DNA of 64,000 bases from Acidimicrobiia bacterium (GTDB lineage: Bacteria; Actinomycetota; Acidimicrobiia; Spongiisociales; ZC4RG35), in the NCBI GenBank assembly GCA_965203555.1, contig CBDBCY010000004.1:1-64000 (forward strand), in the 5' to 3' direction. The position numbers and the translations under genes were made by a program. Each line of letters starts with the position of its first letter. The first letter of the stretch is position 1. The notes under the pieces were generated by a model. The model had not been told where the DNA came from. It made no database searches and saw only the letters and a list, made by a program, of their open reading frames with translations. Below, one piece after another: positions 10,106 to 19,351 of the stretch.

Positions 10106-11269
10106 TTGGATTTCGATCTCAGTCCCGAGCATCAGTTGTTCCGGGAGACATTGCGCAGATTCGTGGACGATGATATCCGGCCGGTGGCGAGGGAATACGA
10201 ACACACCGGACGGTATCCCGCCGAGATCGTGGAGGTTATGAAGGAGATGGGCTTGTTCGGCATCACGGTGCCCGAGGAGTACGGGGGGATGGGCGCCGAC
10301 TTTGTGTCCATGGCGTTGGTGTTCGAGGAGATCTCCCGGGGCTGGATGGGGATTGCGGGGTTTCTGGGAACCCACTCTCTGTCCTGTTTCATCATTGCTC
10401 GTCACGGTACGGAGGAGCAGCGCCGCCGGTATCTGCCTGATCTGGCCTCGGGGAGGCGGCGGACCGGTATCGCCCTGACCGAACCCGACGCCGGCACCGA
10501 CCTGCAGGGGATCAAGACCCGCGCCGTTCGCCAAGGCGATCACTATGTAATCCGGGGATCGAAGCTGTGGATCACCAATGCCCGGTACGCAGACCCTCTG
10601 CCGGTGTTGGTGAAGACCGATCCCGACGCGGAACCTCCCCATCGAGGCATGAGTTTGATCCTGATGGACAAAGGGACCCCCGGGTTCGAAATCAGCCGGG
10701 ATCTGCCCAAGCTGGGTTACAAGGGACCCGAGAGTTGCGAGGTGCGGTTCGACGACGCTTCGGTACCGGTGGAAAACCTGGTGGGTGGAGTGGAGGGTCG
10801 GGGATTCCAGCAGGTGATGAGCGGGTTGGAGATCGGTCGTATCAATATCGCGGCGCGGGCGGTGGGGGTGGCGCAGGAGGCCTACAACCAGGCGTTGGCC
10901 TATGCCAATGCCAGAGAGGCGTTCGGCAGGAAGATCTCGGGATTCCAGGCCATCCAATTGAAATTGGCGGAGATGGCCACCGACACCCAGGCCGCCCGTC
11001 TGCTGTTGTGGTGGGCCGCCTCCCGGGCCGATGAGGGCAGGCGGGTGGACATGGAGGCAGGTATGGCCAAGTACTTCGCCTCCGAGGTCGCCTGCCGCAA
11101 CGCGTTGGAATCGATGCGAATCCACGGTGGGATGGGGTACAGCCCGGAATTGGATATCGAACGCCTCTACCGGGACGCTCCGCTGATGGTGATAGGGGAG
11201 GGAACCAATGAAGTGATGAAGTTGGTCATCGCTCGGGGTTTGACCAGCGGACGGGCGGTGGTCGACTAG
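10106..11269 (+). CDS. Acyl-CoA dehydrogenase
   Basis: ALTEPDAGTD, KLWITNA, R.AFGRKI..FQAIQ.KLA, IHGGMGY, IGEGTNE; AGGAG before TTG 10106. Confidence 0.95.
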   Translation: MDFDLSPEHQLFRETLRRFVDDDIRPVAREYEHTGRYPAEIVEVMKEMGLFGITVPEEYGGMGADFVSMALVFEEISRGWMGIAGFLGTHSLSCFIIARHGTEEQRRRYLPDLASGRRRTGIALTEPDAGTDLQGIKTRAVRQGDHYVIRGSKLWITNARYADPLPVLVKTDPDAEPPHRGMSLILMDKGTPGFEISRDLPKLGYKGPESCEVRFDDASVPVENLVGGVEGRGFQQVMSGLEIGRINIAARAVGVAQEAYNQALAYANAREAFGRKISGFQAIQLKLAEMATDTQAARLLLWWAASRADEGRRVDMEAGMAKYFASEVACRNALESMRIHGGMGYSPELDIERLYRDAPLMVIGEGTNEVMKLVIARGLTSGRAVVD

Positions 11270-11385
11270 AGACGCCGAAACTACCGAGAATGAGCCCTGG
11301 GGTGAAGGGCGCAGGGCGAACAAAACGCTTGGGTTGGCTTTAACTACCGCGTTTTGGGCGTACATCTCCCTAAATTTCAGATTTG

Positions 11386-13527
11386 ATGAGGTCAAGATCC
11401 TTCCGGGGCCGTACGGCCCGTCTGACCTTTGCCCTGGTATTTGTGGGGTTGGCGCTGACGGCCGGAGGTGTGGTCGCCGCCCAAGAGGAGAGGCCGGAGG
11501 TAAGGCTGGTGGTGGAGGGCGGCATCGATGGATGGGTGGACCCAAAGTGGCCCATGACCCTTACCGCCCGCATCGAGTCTGACATTCTCCTGGTGGGAGA
11601 ATTGTTGGTGGTACAGGGTCGGGAGTTGGCCAGGATGGAAGTGGAGGTCCCGGCCGACGGCGCCAGGTCCTACGAGGTGGTGACGGCGCCGCCGACCGAT
11701 CAGGGAGCGATCTTGCTGCAGGTGATTCCCGACGGCGCGGCGGGTGATGAACCGGTGGCGTCCGCCTTCTTTCGGCCTCGCCTGCCCGCCAACGAGATAC
11801 TGGTGGGCCTGGTCGGACTCTCACGGCTCGAACAGGTCCTGGGAGAGGTGCGTTCCGCGGTGAGCGGTGCGCCGATCACCCCGGTGGAGGTGGACAATCC
11901 CGAGATCCGGCTGGCGGAGGGGGAATTTCATCAGCTTGCCTATCTGGTGATGGACCGGCCGGGTCCATTGCCGTCGGCGACGGTCTCCTGGTTGCAGGGA
12001 GGAGGACGGCTGGTCACCACCTCGGCGGCGTTGGAGACAATGGGTCTTGACGCCGCCTGGTGGGGGAACTTTCCCGGCGTGGAGACCGAGACAGGTTGGT
12101 ACGGGGTGGACGACGGGGAGGTGCTGGCGCTCGACAGTCTTGCAGGCCTCGATTCGCAACTGTGGGCAGCGTTGCTCCGGCCTCTGCCCGTGTCGGTGGG
12201 CCGGCAGGACGGCTTTTTTGAAGGTCCGGCCTCCAGCCTGACCCGGGCCGCCCTGGCAGTGGAAACCCAGACTCCCGGCTATCCATGGTTGCCCTTGGTG
12301 GTGGTGGCGTACGCGGTGATGATCGGTCCTGTGAACCTGTGGATTCTGCGCCGTCGCCGGCGTCTGGAATGGGCATGGTTTACCATCCCTGTCCTGGGCC
12401 TGGTGGGGGTGGCGGCTTTCTGGGTAGTGGGTAACAGTGGTGTGAACGAGACCTTTTGGTCACATGGCACGGTCCAGGTGGCCGGCCCGGACTCCCAAAC
12501 CCGCAGTGGGTTGGTGGCGGCCACCAGTCGAGCCAGGACATTGGAATTGTCTTTCAACCCGGATTGGCATGTATTTGCGGAGAACCTGGACCAACTTTCG
12601 GGGGATTTTTCCCAGCCGACCATCAGCGGCGCCGGTGATTACGAATACGATCTTTCATCTCTGGGTTGGCTGTCGCTGAATGCCTTTCGTCGCGGGGAAC
12701 CGCTCGAGATCGAGGTCACGTTCTCTGAACGGGGCGTGGAGATGACCAACGCCTCTTCCACGCCGGTGGTTGCCTGGGGAGTCCACGCCTATCCCAAGAT
12801 CGCGATAGGTGGGCAACTGGAACCGGGAGTCACCGGGTTTTTGAGTTGGGAGCAGGTCCTCGACGCCGGGCCGTGGTGGGCGTTCCGCGACGCCTTTTGG
12901 GAATTGAACGCAATGAGGGAAGAAGGGAATGTCAACCAGAACTGGCCGACGGTGATCGGCGATCTGGGCGACATGGCCCAGGCGTCGGGCATGGTGGACG
13001 TTCCTTTCTATGTCTTTGCAATCATGGATGAGCCGATTGCCGATGTGGAAGTCGATGGCCGCCGACAGACAGTGCCGGGAGTGAAGATGGTGTTCCATCC
13101 CGTTCCCGCCGACCGGATGGGTGGGGCGGGGTGGGCCTTCGCCCGTTCGGTGTGGTGGGACGCCGCCGCCCGCGATATCGGATTCGACGGCGAGCCGGTC
13201 TTTGCCGAGCAATGGATCCTCTCCTACCGGTTGCCCGCCGGACTCTCCACACCTGCCCGGCTGGTGCCGGGCGGCCTGGATCCCGACTTCCTCGGCTTCC
13301 GTGGAGTACCCGAACCAGCAGAGGGAGAGGAGGGACTCGAGGACGGGGAGGGATGGGAGGTATGGGATTGGGAAACTTCGGGGTTCGTCCCATTCGACGT
13401 CGACCGGGAACTGGACCCGGCACGGTTCGTGGCGCCCTCCGGCGAGACACTGATCAGGGTCTCCGGCGCCCGATTGGAGATGACGGGACCCTTGGCGGGT
13501 GTGATGATGTGGGGAGACCTGCGATGA
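11386..13527 (+). CDS. Secreted/membrane protein, first gene of ABC/MoxR operon
   Basis: Signal peptide, two TM helices with Y...GPVN...RRRRRLEWAWFTIP motif. Confidence 0.7.
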   Translation: MRSRSFRGRTARLTFALVFVGLALTAGGVVAAQEERPEVRLVVEGGIDGWVDPKWPMTLTARIESDILLVGELLVVQGRELARMEVEVPADGARSYEVVTAPPTDQGAILLQVIPDGAAGDEPVASAFFRPRLPANEILVGLVGLSRLEQVLGEVRSAVSGAPITPVEVDNPEIRLAEGEFHQLAYLVMDRPGPLPSATVSWLQGGGRLVTTSAALETMGLDAAWWGNFPGVETETGWYGVDDGEVLALDSLAGLDSQLWAALLRPLPVSVGRQDGFFEGPASSLTRAALAVETQTPGYPWLPLVVVAYAVMIGPVNLWILRRRRRLEWAWFTIPVLGLVGVAAFWVVGNSGVNETFWSHGTVQVAGPDSQTRSGLVAATSRARTLELSFNPDWHVFAENLDQLSGDFSQPTISGAGDYEYDLSSLGWLSLNAFRRGEPLEIEVTFSERGVEMTNASSTPVVAWGVHAYPKIAIGGQLEPGVTGFLSWEQVLDAGPWWAFRDAFWELNAMREEGNVNQNWPTVIGDLGDMAQASGMVDVPFYVFAIMDEPIADVEVDGRRQTVPGVKMVFHPVPADRMGGAGWAFARSVWWDAAARDIGFDGEPVFAEQWILSYRLPAGLSTPARLVPGGLDPDFLGFRGVPEPAEGEEGLEDGEGWEVWDWETSGFVPFDVDRELDPARFVAPSGETLIRVSGARLEMTGPLAGVMMWGDLR

Positions 13528-14459
13528 TGATCTCCTTCTCCGCGGTTACCAAGCGCTACCGTTCCACGGTGGCCCTGGACGGGGTCGACATGAGTATTCC
13601 CCGGGGATCGATCACCGGACTTGTGGGTCCGAACGGAGCGGGGAAGACCACCGCGATTCTGCTGATCAGCACCCTCCTGGCCCGTGATGAGGGAAAGGTG
13701 GAGGTGGGAGGACTCGATCCCGAGGTCGATGCTCCCCGGGTCCGTCGATTGATCGGTTACATGCCGGACTTCTTCGGCGTCTACGAGTCCCTCACCGCCG
13801 TGGAGTACCTGGACTTCTTTGCCCACAGTCACGGCATAGCGGCCGCCCGTCGTCCGGGTCTGGCCGCCGACCTGCTGGAACTGGTGGGATTGTCGGACAA
13901 GGCCGAAGAGGACGTCAACACCTTGAGCCGGGGCATGAAGCAGCGCCTCTCGCTGGCCCGGGCTCTCGTACACGATCCTGACGTACTGGTGTTGGACGAA
14001 CCGGCCGCCGGTCTGGATCCCCGGGCCCGGGTTCACCTGCGGGAACTGATCGCCGAGTTGGGCCGGATGGGAAAGACGGTGTTGGTCTCTTCTCATGTCC
14101 TCTCCGAACTTGAAGGCATCTGCACGGACATAGTGGTGATGGACGAGGGAAGAGTGGCCGCCCAGGGCGGGATGGACCAGATTCGCGCGTCGCTCATTTC
14201 CGACCGGGGTATACGGATGCGCCTGCTGGACGAGGATGTGGATCGGGCCCTGGCTTTGCTGGAGGTGGATCGGCGGGTCTTTGGGGTGGCGGTCGAGAGC
14301 GGACGGATCAGCTTTTCCCTGGACGAGGTGGGAGACTCGGCTTCCGCGGAGATTCTGTCCCGGTTGGTCACCTCGGGAGTGAGAGTCGCCGAGTGGCGCA
14401 TCGAGGAGATCGGCTTGGAGGAGCTGTTCCTCCGCATAACGCAGGACCCGGACCAGTGA
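13524..14459 (+). CDS. ABC transporter ATP-binding protein
   Basis: GPNGAGKTT, LSRGMKQR, VLDEP, SSH; ATGA overlap. Confidence 0.95.
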   Translation: MMISFSAVTKRYRSTVALDGVDMSIPRGSITGLVGPNGAGKTTAILLISTLLARDEGKVEVGGLDPEVDAPRVRRLIGYMPDFFGVYESLTAVEYLDFFAHSHGIAAARRPGLAADLLELVGLSDKAEEDVNTLSRGMKQRLSLARALVHDPDVLVLDEPAAGLDPRARVHLRELIAELGRMGKTVLVSSHVLSELEGICTDIVVMDEGRVAAQGGMDQIRASLISDRGIRMRLLDEDVDRALALLEVDRRVFGVAVESGRISFSLDEVGDSASAEILSRLVTSGVRVAEWRIEEIGLEELFLRITQDPDQ

Positions 14460-15421
14460 ATCCGGTCCTGGCCCGCGAATCCCGCCAACGCTTCCGCGGG
14501 CGGTGGAGTTGGTTGGTTATCACCGGCTGGGTGATCGCGGTGGGGCTGCTGACCTATCTGTTCTACTTCGTGGGACGGAACATCAGCATCGATTTCTTCT
14601 CCATCCGGGGCCCGCTGTCCGGACTCAATCAGGCCGGGAAGTGGGTCTTTGACGGTATGACCCTGGTCCTCTTGACGGCGGTGGCGTTCATGGTTCCAGG
14701 CCTCACCGCGCTGTCGGTTGTCGGGGAGAGGCAACGCCAGACCCTGCACCTTCTTCAGATCACCCAGGTCACTCCGTTCGGAATCGTGTTGGGAAAGCTC
14801 TTTTCCTCGGTCGGGTACTTTCTGGTGTTGATCCTGGCCGTCGTCCCTTTGCTGGGCATTCCTCTGGCGTTCGGAGCGATAGGGCTGGTGGATGTCCTGG
14901 TGGTGATGGCCATGCTGGTGTTGGTGGTGGCGATGCTGGCCTCGGTTTCGATCTGGATCTCCTCCCGGGCCAGGACCAACCGGGGAGCGGTGGCGCTGTC
15001 TTATCTTCTGGCGGTGGCGATTTTCTTCGGGTCATTCGTGTTGATGGGAGTGGAGGCCCTGATCTTCAACGTCGATATCGAATCCGATGGCCGGGAGTTG
15101 GTCAGTACCTGGGTCAATCCCTATGTAGCCATGGCGGATGCGGTCGAGTTTCCCTATGAGGATATGACGGGGTTCTTTGAAGGCGCGGAAATCCCGACTC
15201 CCATGGATCCCTTCGTGGCGCTGGTCTCCGTCCGCCAGGGTGAGAACCCCGCCGACGGGGGGCTGTTCGGCTTCCGGCGGGTACCGGGATGGATAGCGAC
15301 AACGTTGATCTACGGGCTGATCATTGCTCTCTGCCTCTGGAGGGCTGCCCGCCGGGTGACGGCGCCGCGGGCACTGCCGGTGCGGCGCAGACGCGCCCGG
15401 GCGCCTGATGCCTCTTCCTGA
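14456..15421 (+). CDS. ABC-2 type permease
   Basis: NPVLARE, GERQRQTL.LL..T, IVLGK, multiple TM helices. Confidence 0.85.
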   Translation: MNPVLARESRQRFRGRWSWLVITGWVIAVGLLTYLFYFVGRNISIDFFSIRGPLSGLNQAGKWVFDGMTLVLLTAVAFMVPGLTALSVVGERQRQTLHLLQITQVTPFGIVLGKLFSSVGYFLVLILAVVPLLGIPLAFGAIGLVDVLVVMAMLVLVVAMLASVSIWISSRARTNRGAVALSYLLAVAIFFGSFVLMGVEALIFNVDIESDGRELVSTWVNPYVAMADAVEFPYEDMTGFFEGAEIPTPMDPFVALVSVRQGENPADGGLFGFRRVPGWIATTLIYGLIIALCLWRAARRVTAPRALPVRRRRARAPDASS

Positions 15422-16964
15422 ACCGCTTGCAGAACTCCTCGCCCTGGCGCGGAGGCGACTGTGGGTCTCCCGTCTGGTGGGTGAAGGAACCCTGGGACTG
15501 GGTATCGGGGCGGCCGGGGCCGCTGCCGTGTGGGGTGTTTCCCAGGTGGTGGTGTTCCAGTGGGCGGACCGGGTGGCGTGGGCCTTGCTGGTGGCGGCGG
15601 TTGCCGGGGCGCTGGGCTGGTGGGTGTCCCATCGCCCCACCGCCGCCCAGGCCGCCTTGTGGGCGGACCATCGTCTGGGAGGGGCGGACCGGCTGTCCAC
15701 CGCCTGGGAATTGTCCCGGCGTCCGCAGGTGGGACGGTCGGGGATCCGCCAGATACAGGCGGCCGGAGAATGGGCGGCCGGTGTGGACACGGAACGCCTT
15801 GCAGGAGAGTACCCGTCGGGGAGGACGGTTGCACTTTCCGTACTGACGGTGGCTTCCGCCCTGCTGCTGGCGATTTCTCCTTCTCTGACCGATCAGGCCC
15901 TGATCGAGATCCGAGAGGTCCGGGAGGTTGTGGACCGGGAGGTGGAGACGATCGAGGATTTGGCTTTCCAGGCTCCGGAAGGTTTGTCGGAACGGCTGAC
16001 GAATTTGGCCGAACGTCTGGGTGAGACGCAGACCTTGGAGGAAGCCCTGTCCGAGCTCTCCTCGGCAAGACTGGAATTGGAGGAGCGTCTGGGTCCCAAC
16101 CGTCTGGCGGAGAACACTGCCTTGGCAGGTTTGGCGTCTCGCCTCTCCCGACATCCGGTTGCCCAGGGAGAGGATCCGGCCGCCCAGCTCGCCGATCTGG
16201 CTTCCTCGTTCGGTGGGATGTCAGAGGCGCAACGCCAGACGGTGGCTCAGGAACTGGCCGATCGGGCGACGGATTTTGCCGGAGTGAACGAAGAGTTGGC
16301 GTCGGCTCTGGCGGAAGCAGCGTCGGCTCTGGCCGGGCAGGGTCTGGATCCGGGTCTGGTCGCTGATGCCTTGGAACGGGCGGCCGAGCAGATCTCCTCG
16401 GCTCAGGCGGGGGCGGCACAGCAGGCAGCGGCCGCCGCGGCCGCGGCACAACTGGCGGAGGCGGAGGGCAGGCTGAGAGGCGCCCGGGAGGGCCGATCCC
16501 AACCCGGCGCCGGCCGGGGTGGCGGCGAAGGAGCAGGTCGGGGCGAGGGACAGGGCCAGGGTCAGGGACAAGGTGGCGGTGAGGGCGCAGGTCAGGGTCA
16601 GGGCCAGGGAGCGGGATCGGGTATTGGCGGTGGAGGACAGACCGATCGCTTCGGGGTGGGCGCCGGTTCACTGTCGGGCGACGGTGACAATGATCCTGCC
16701 GCTGATCCGCGGTATTCCTCTTCCTTCTTCGAGCCGCCCTCCGGTGGCCTGGGAGAAGAGGTGCGGGTGCCCATTGAGGGAGGGGACCCCGGAGAGGTGG
16801 CGGGAAGGTCGACCGCGCCTTCGGTTGCCAACGCGGCGCTCGTTCCTTACGTCGAGCGGTTTGCCGAATACCGCACCGCGGCCCTCGAGTCGCTGGAGAG
16901 GCGTCCCCTTCCCTCCCACCTGACAGATGTTGTCCAAAGCTACTTCACGGAGTTGGAACCATGA
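15408..16964 (+). CDS. Membrane-anchored coiled-coil protein with Gly/Gln-rich linker
   Basis: N-terminal TMs, DRLSTA motif, helical region, GQGQG tract, C-terminal P..L..VV..YF typical of MoxR-operon partners. Confidence 0.7.
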   Translation: MPLPEPLAELLALARRRLWVSRLVGEGTLGLGIGAAGAAAVWGVSQVVVFQWADRVAWALLVAAVAGALGWWVSHRPTAAQAALWADHRLGGADRLSTAWELSRRPQVGRSGIRQIQAAGEWAAGVDTERLAGEYPSGRTVALSVLTVASALLLAISPSLTDQALIEIREVREVVDREVETIEDLAFQAPEGLSERLTNLAERLGETQTLEEALSELSSARLELEERLGPNRLAENTALAGLASRLSRHPVAQGEDPAAQLADLASSFGGMSEAQRQTVAQELADRATDFAGVNEELASALAEAASALAGQGLDPGLVADALERAAEQISSAQAGAAQQAAAAAAAAQLAEAEGRLRGAREGRSQPGAGRGGGEGAGRGEGQGQGQGQGGGEGAGQGQGQGAGSGIGGGGQTDRFGVGAGSLSGDGDNDPAADPRYSSSFFEPPSGGLGEEVRVPIEGGDPGEVAGRSTAPSVANAALVPYVERFAEYRTAALESLERRPLPSHLTDVVQSYFTELEP

Positions 16965-17950
16965 GCCATGAAACCTCTGCAAGCGACCCGACGGGATTCG
17001 CTGACCTGCTGGACGAGGCGCGGTCGGAGATCGCCAAAGTCATCGTCGGGCAAACCGAGTTGGTGGAAAAGGTTCTGGTGGCAGTGCTGTGTGAAGGCCA
17101 CCTGTTGCTGGAGGGGGTTCCGGGCCTCGGCAAGACCCGCCTACTGACCACCCTGGGTCAGGTGCTCCGGATCGGTTTCGGCCGCGTCTCTTTCACCCCC
17201 GACCTGATGCCCGCCGACATCTTGGGCACCAACGTCCTGCACGGGGGTGAGTTCAGCTTCCATCCCGGTCCGGTCTTCACCAACCTGGTGCTGGCGGACG
17301 AGATCAACCGGGCCACTCCCAAGACCCAGTCGGCTCTCTTGGAGGCGATGGCGGAACGACGGGTGACGGTGGCCGGGGCGACTCGTCCCCTTCCCCGTCC
17401 TTTCATGGTGATGGCCACCCAGAATCCCTTGGAGATGGAGGGGACCTATCCGTTGCCGGAGGCCCAGTTGGACCGGTTCATGCTCAAGGAGTTGGTGCCT
17501 TTCCCTCCCTCCGACGACATGGTGGAGATACTGCGTCGCACCACCGGTGATTCGGAGCATCAGCCGGTGGGCGTCCTGGAAGGCCGCCGTCTCACGGAGA
17601 TGGCGGCGCTGGTTCGGGAGCTGCCGGCCGGAACGCATCTGCTCCGGTACGCATCCACCCTGGTGGGCGCCACCCATCCCGACTCGTCCGGCGCCACCGA
17701 GGGGATCGTTCGCTATGTGCGGGCGGGGGCCAGTCCCAGGGGGGCCCAGGCGCTGATACTGGGTGGAAAGGCGTTGGCTTTGATGGACGGACGCCCCAAT
17801 CTGGCGGCCGAGGACATCCGTCGGCTGGCCCGTCCGGCGCTTCGGCATCGACTGGTGATGGGTTACGAGGCGGCGGTGGACGGGGTCACCTCCGACCAAC
17901 TGATAGACGAGGTTCTGGCGGCCCATCCCGAACCGGTGGCCGAGGGCTGA
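16961..17950 (+). CDS. moxR: MoxR-family AAA+ ATPase
   Basis: EGVPGLGKT, FTPDLMPAD, LADEINRATPKTQSALLEAM, ATQNPLEMEGTYPLPEAQLDRF. Confidence 0.95.
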   Translation: MSHETSASDPTGFADLLDEARSEIAKVIVGQTELVEKVLVAVLCEGHLLLEGVPGLGKTRLLTTLGQVLRIGFGRVSFTPDLMPADILGTNVLHGGEFSFHPGPVFTNLVLADEINRATPKTQSALLEAMAERRVTVAGATRPLPRPFMVMATQNPLEMEGTYPLPEAQLDRFMLKELVPFPPSDDMVEILRRTTGDSEHQPVGVLEGRRLTEMAALVRELPAGTHLLRYASTLVGATHPDSSGATEGIVRYVRAGASPRGAQALILGGKALALMDGRPNLAAEDIRRLARPALRHRLVMGYEAAVDGVTSDQLIDEVLAAHPEPVAEG

Positions 17951-18822
17951 TGCTGGTCCCGGCCCACCTGCGTGAGCAGATCGGTCGCTTCTCCCTCACG
18001 GCCCGTGGCCGGGTGCGGTCGTCGCACGGCGGTCGTCACTCGTCCCACTACAAGGGCGAGAGCATCGACTTCGTGGACTTTCGCGAATACACCCCCGGCG
18101 ACGACTATCGACGCATCGACCACCTGCTGTGGGCACGCCTGGGGACACCTCTCATCAGAGAGTTCGAGGCCGAGAGGGAGCTTTCCGTGCGGGTTGTGGT
18201 GGATCGCTCTCCTTCCATGGGTTTTCACCGAAAGCTGCCGGCTGCGTTGCGAGTGGCCGCCATGATCACCTGTCTCGCTCTGGCGGGTGGAGATCGGGTG
18301 GAGTTGTGGGCGGTTCCGGGGGCGGGTGCAGGTCGCTTGGCGACCCGCGGTCCCTCGGGAAGGCATCGCGCCGCCTGGCCCCGTTTGGAGGCCTGGTTGG
18401 AGGGGTTGGGGACAGAACCGGGAGAAGGCCGCCTGGTCCCCTCCCTGGCGGCGGTGGCGGCTGCGGGCCGCAACCGTTACACGGTCCTGGTGAGCGATCT
18501 GCTGGTGACCGATTGGAGCGCCGGGTTGGACCTGCTGGCCGGACCGGTGGGAGGAGTGGTGTTTCACATGCTGGGAGGCCCTGAACTCGATCCCGAGGTG
18601 TTGGGGGACGTGCGACTCCGAGATTCGGAGACAGGCCAGGAGTCGGATTTCTCCGGCACGACCGAGGCTTACCGCCGCTACCGGTCGCGCCTGGACGACC
18701 TGTGCTCGCAGATGGCGGCCCGTTCGGCCCGTTCGGGTCTTCACTACCTGCTGCTGGAGGCCGCCACGGACGTCGCCGAGCAGGCGATGCGAGAACTGGC
18801 CGCGGCCAAAGTGGTGTCCTGA
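17950..18822 (+). CDS. DUF58 domain protein
   Basis: G.H.S..KGES.DF.DFREYTPGDDYRRID, VDRSPSM, SDLL. Confidence 0.9.
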   Translation: MLVPAHLREQIGRFSLTARGRVRSSHGGRHSSHYKGESIDFVDFREYTPGDDYRRIDHLLWARLGTPLIREFEAERELSVRVVVDRSPSMGFHRKLPAALRVAAMITCLALAGGDRVELWAVPGAGAGRLATRGPSGRHRAAWPRLEAWLEGLGTEPGEGRLVPSLAAVAAAGRNRYTVLVSDLLVTDWSAGLDLLAGPVGGVVFHMLGGPELDPEVLGDVRLRDSETGQESDFSGTTEAYRRYRSRLDDLCSQMAARSARSGLHYLLLEAATDVAEQAMRELAAAKVVS

Positions 18823-18852
18823 CCCCCATGCAGAGGCGACCCGCGTCCAGTT

Positions 18853-19030
18853 CTGGCGGAGGCGACCGGGTGGAGGCCTTCTTTCTGCGATGTGACGGTC
18901 ATCGCCCAATCGGTGAGGGTGGCGTCCCATCGCGGAGCGGTCCGGGAGGTGCTGGCCGGCGTACTGGACGCGGGGTTGGACCGGGTCTCGGTCAAGGCCA
19001 CCACCACCGACCGCCCGGGCCGGGTGGGAT
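18853..19030 (+). pseudogene. ispF: Internal/C-terminal fragment of ispF (MECDP synthase)
   Basis: Frame reads GWRPSFCDVTVIAQSVRVASHR..VREVLAGVL...DRVSVKATTTD, the IspF C-terminal signature; no N-terminal GxGxDxH part. Confidence 0.75.
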
Positions 19031-19084
19031 TGTTGCCCACCCCGGTTCAGAGTGTCAAAAAAACCGGCGGTGGAGAATTGGAAA

Positions 19085-19106
19085 TGTCACAGCACCGCCC
19101 CATGCT
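19085..19106 (+). promoter_or_regulatory. PafBC/RecA-NDp-like promoter with no start codon at the expected position
   Basis: TGTCAC-AGCACCGCCC-CATGCT, same 10-nt spacing as four other copies. Confidence 0.5.
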
Positions 19107-19351
19107 GTAGAAACCAGCAAAGCACCTGATCGGACCGGACCGGCGCGCAGCCCGACCCGAACCAGGGATCACAACAGGTCAAGGCGCCTGTCCCGCACCC
19201 CAACGCGAACGCGCCCCGACCATCGGCAAGGCGGCGGCGGGGGAGGGCCCGACAGGGGAGGAGTGGGCGGTGTTTCGCGAGTTAGTGTTGAGTTTCGCGA
19301 GGTGGGGGTGGGGGAGGACTCTGGCCCGCTTGACCGGATCGGGGCGGGGTT

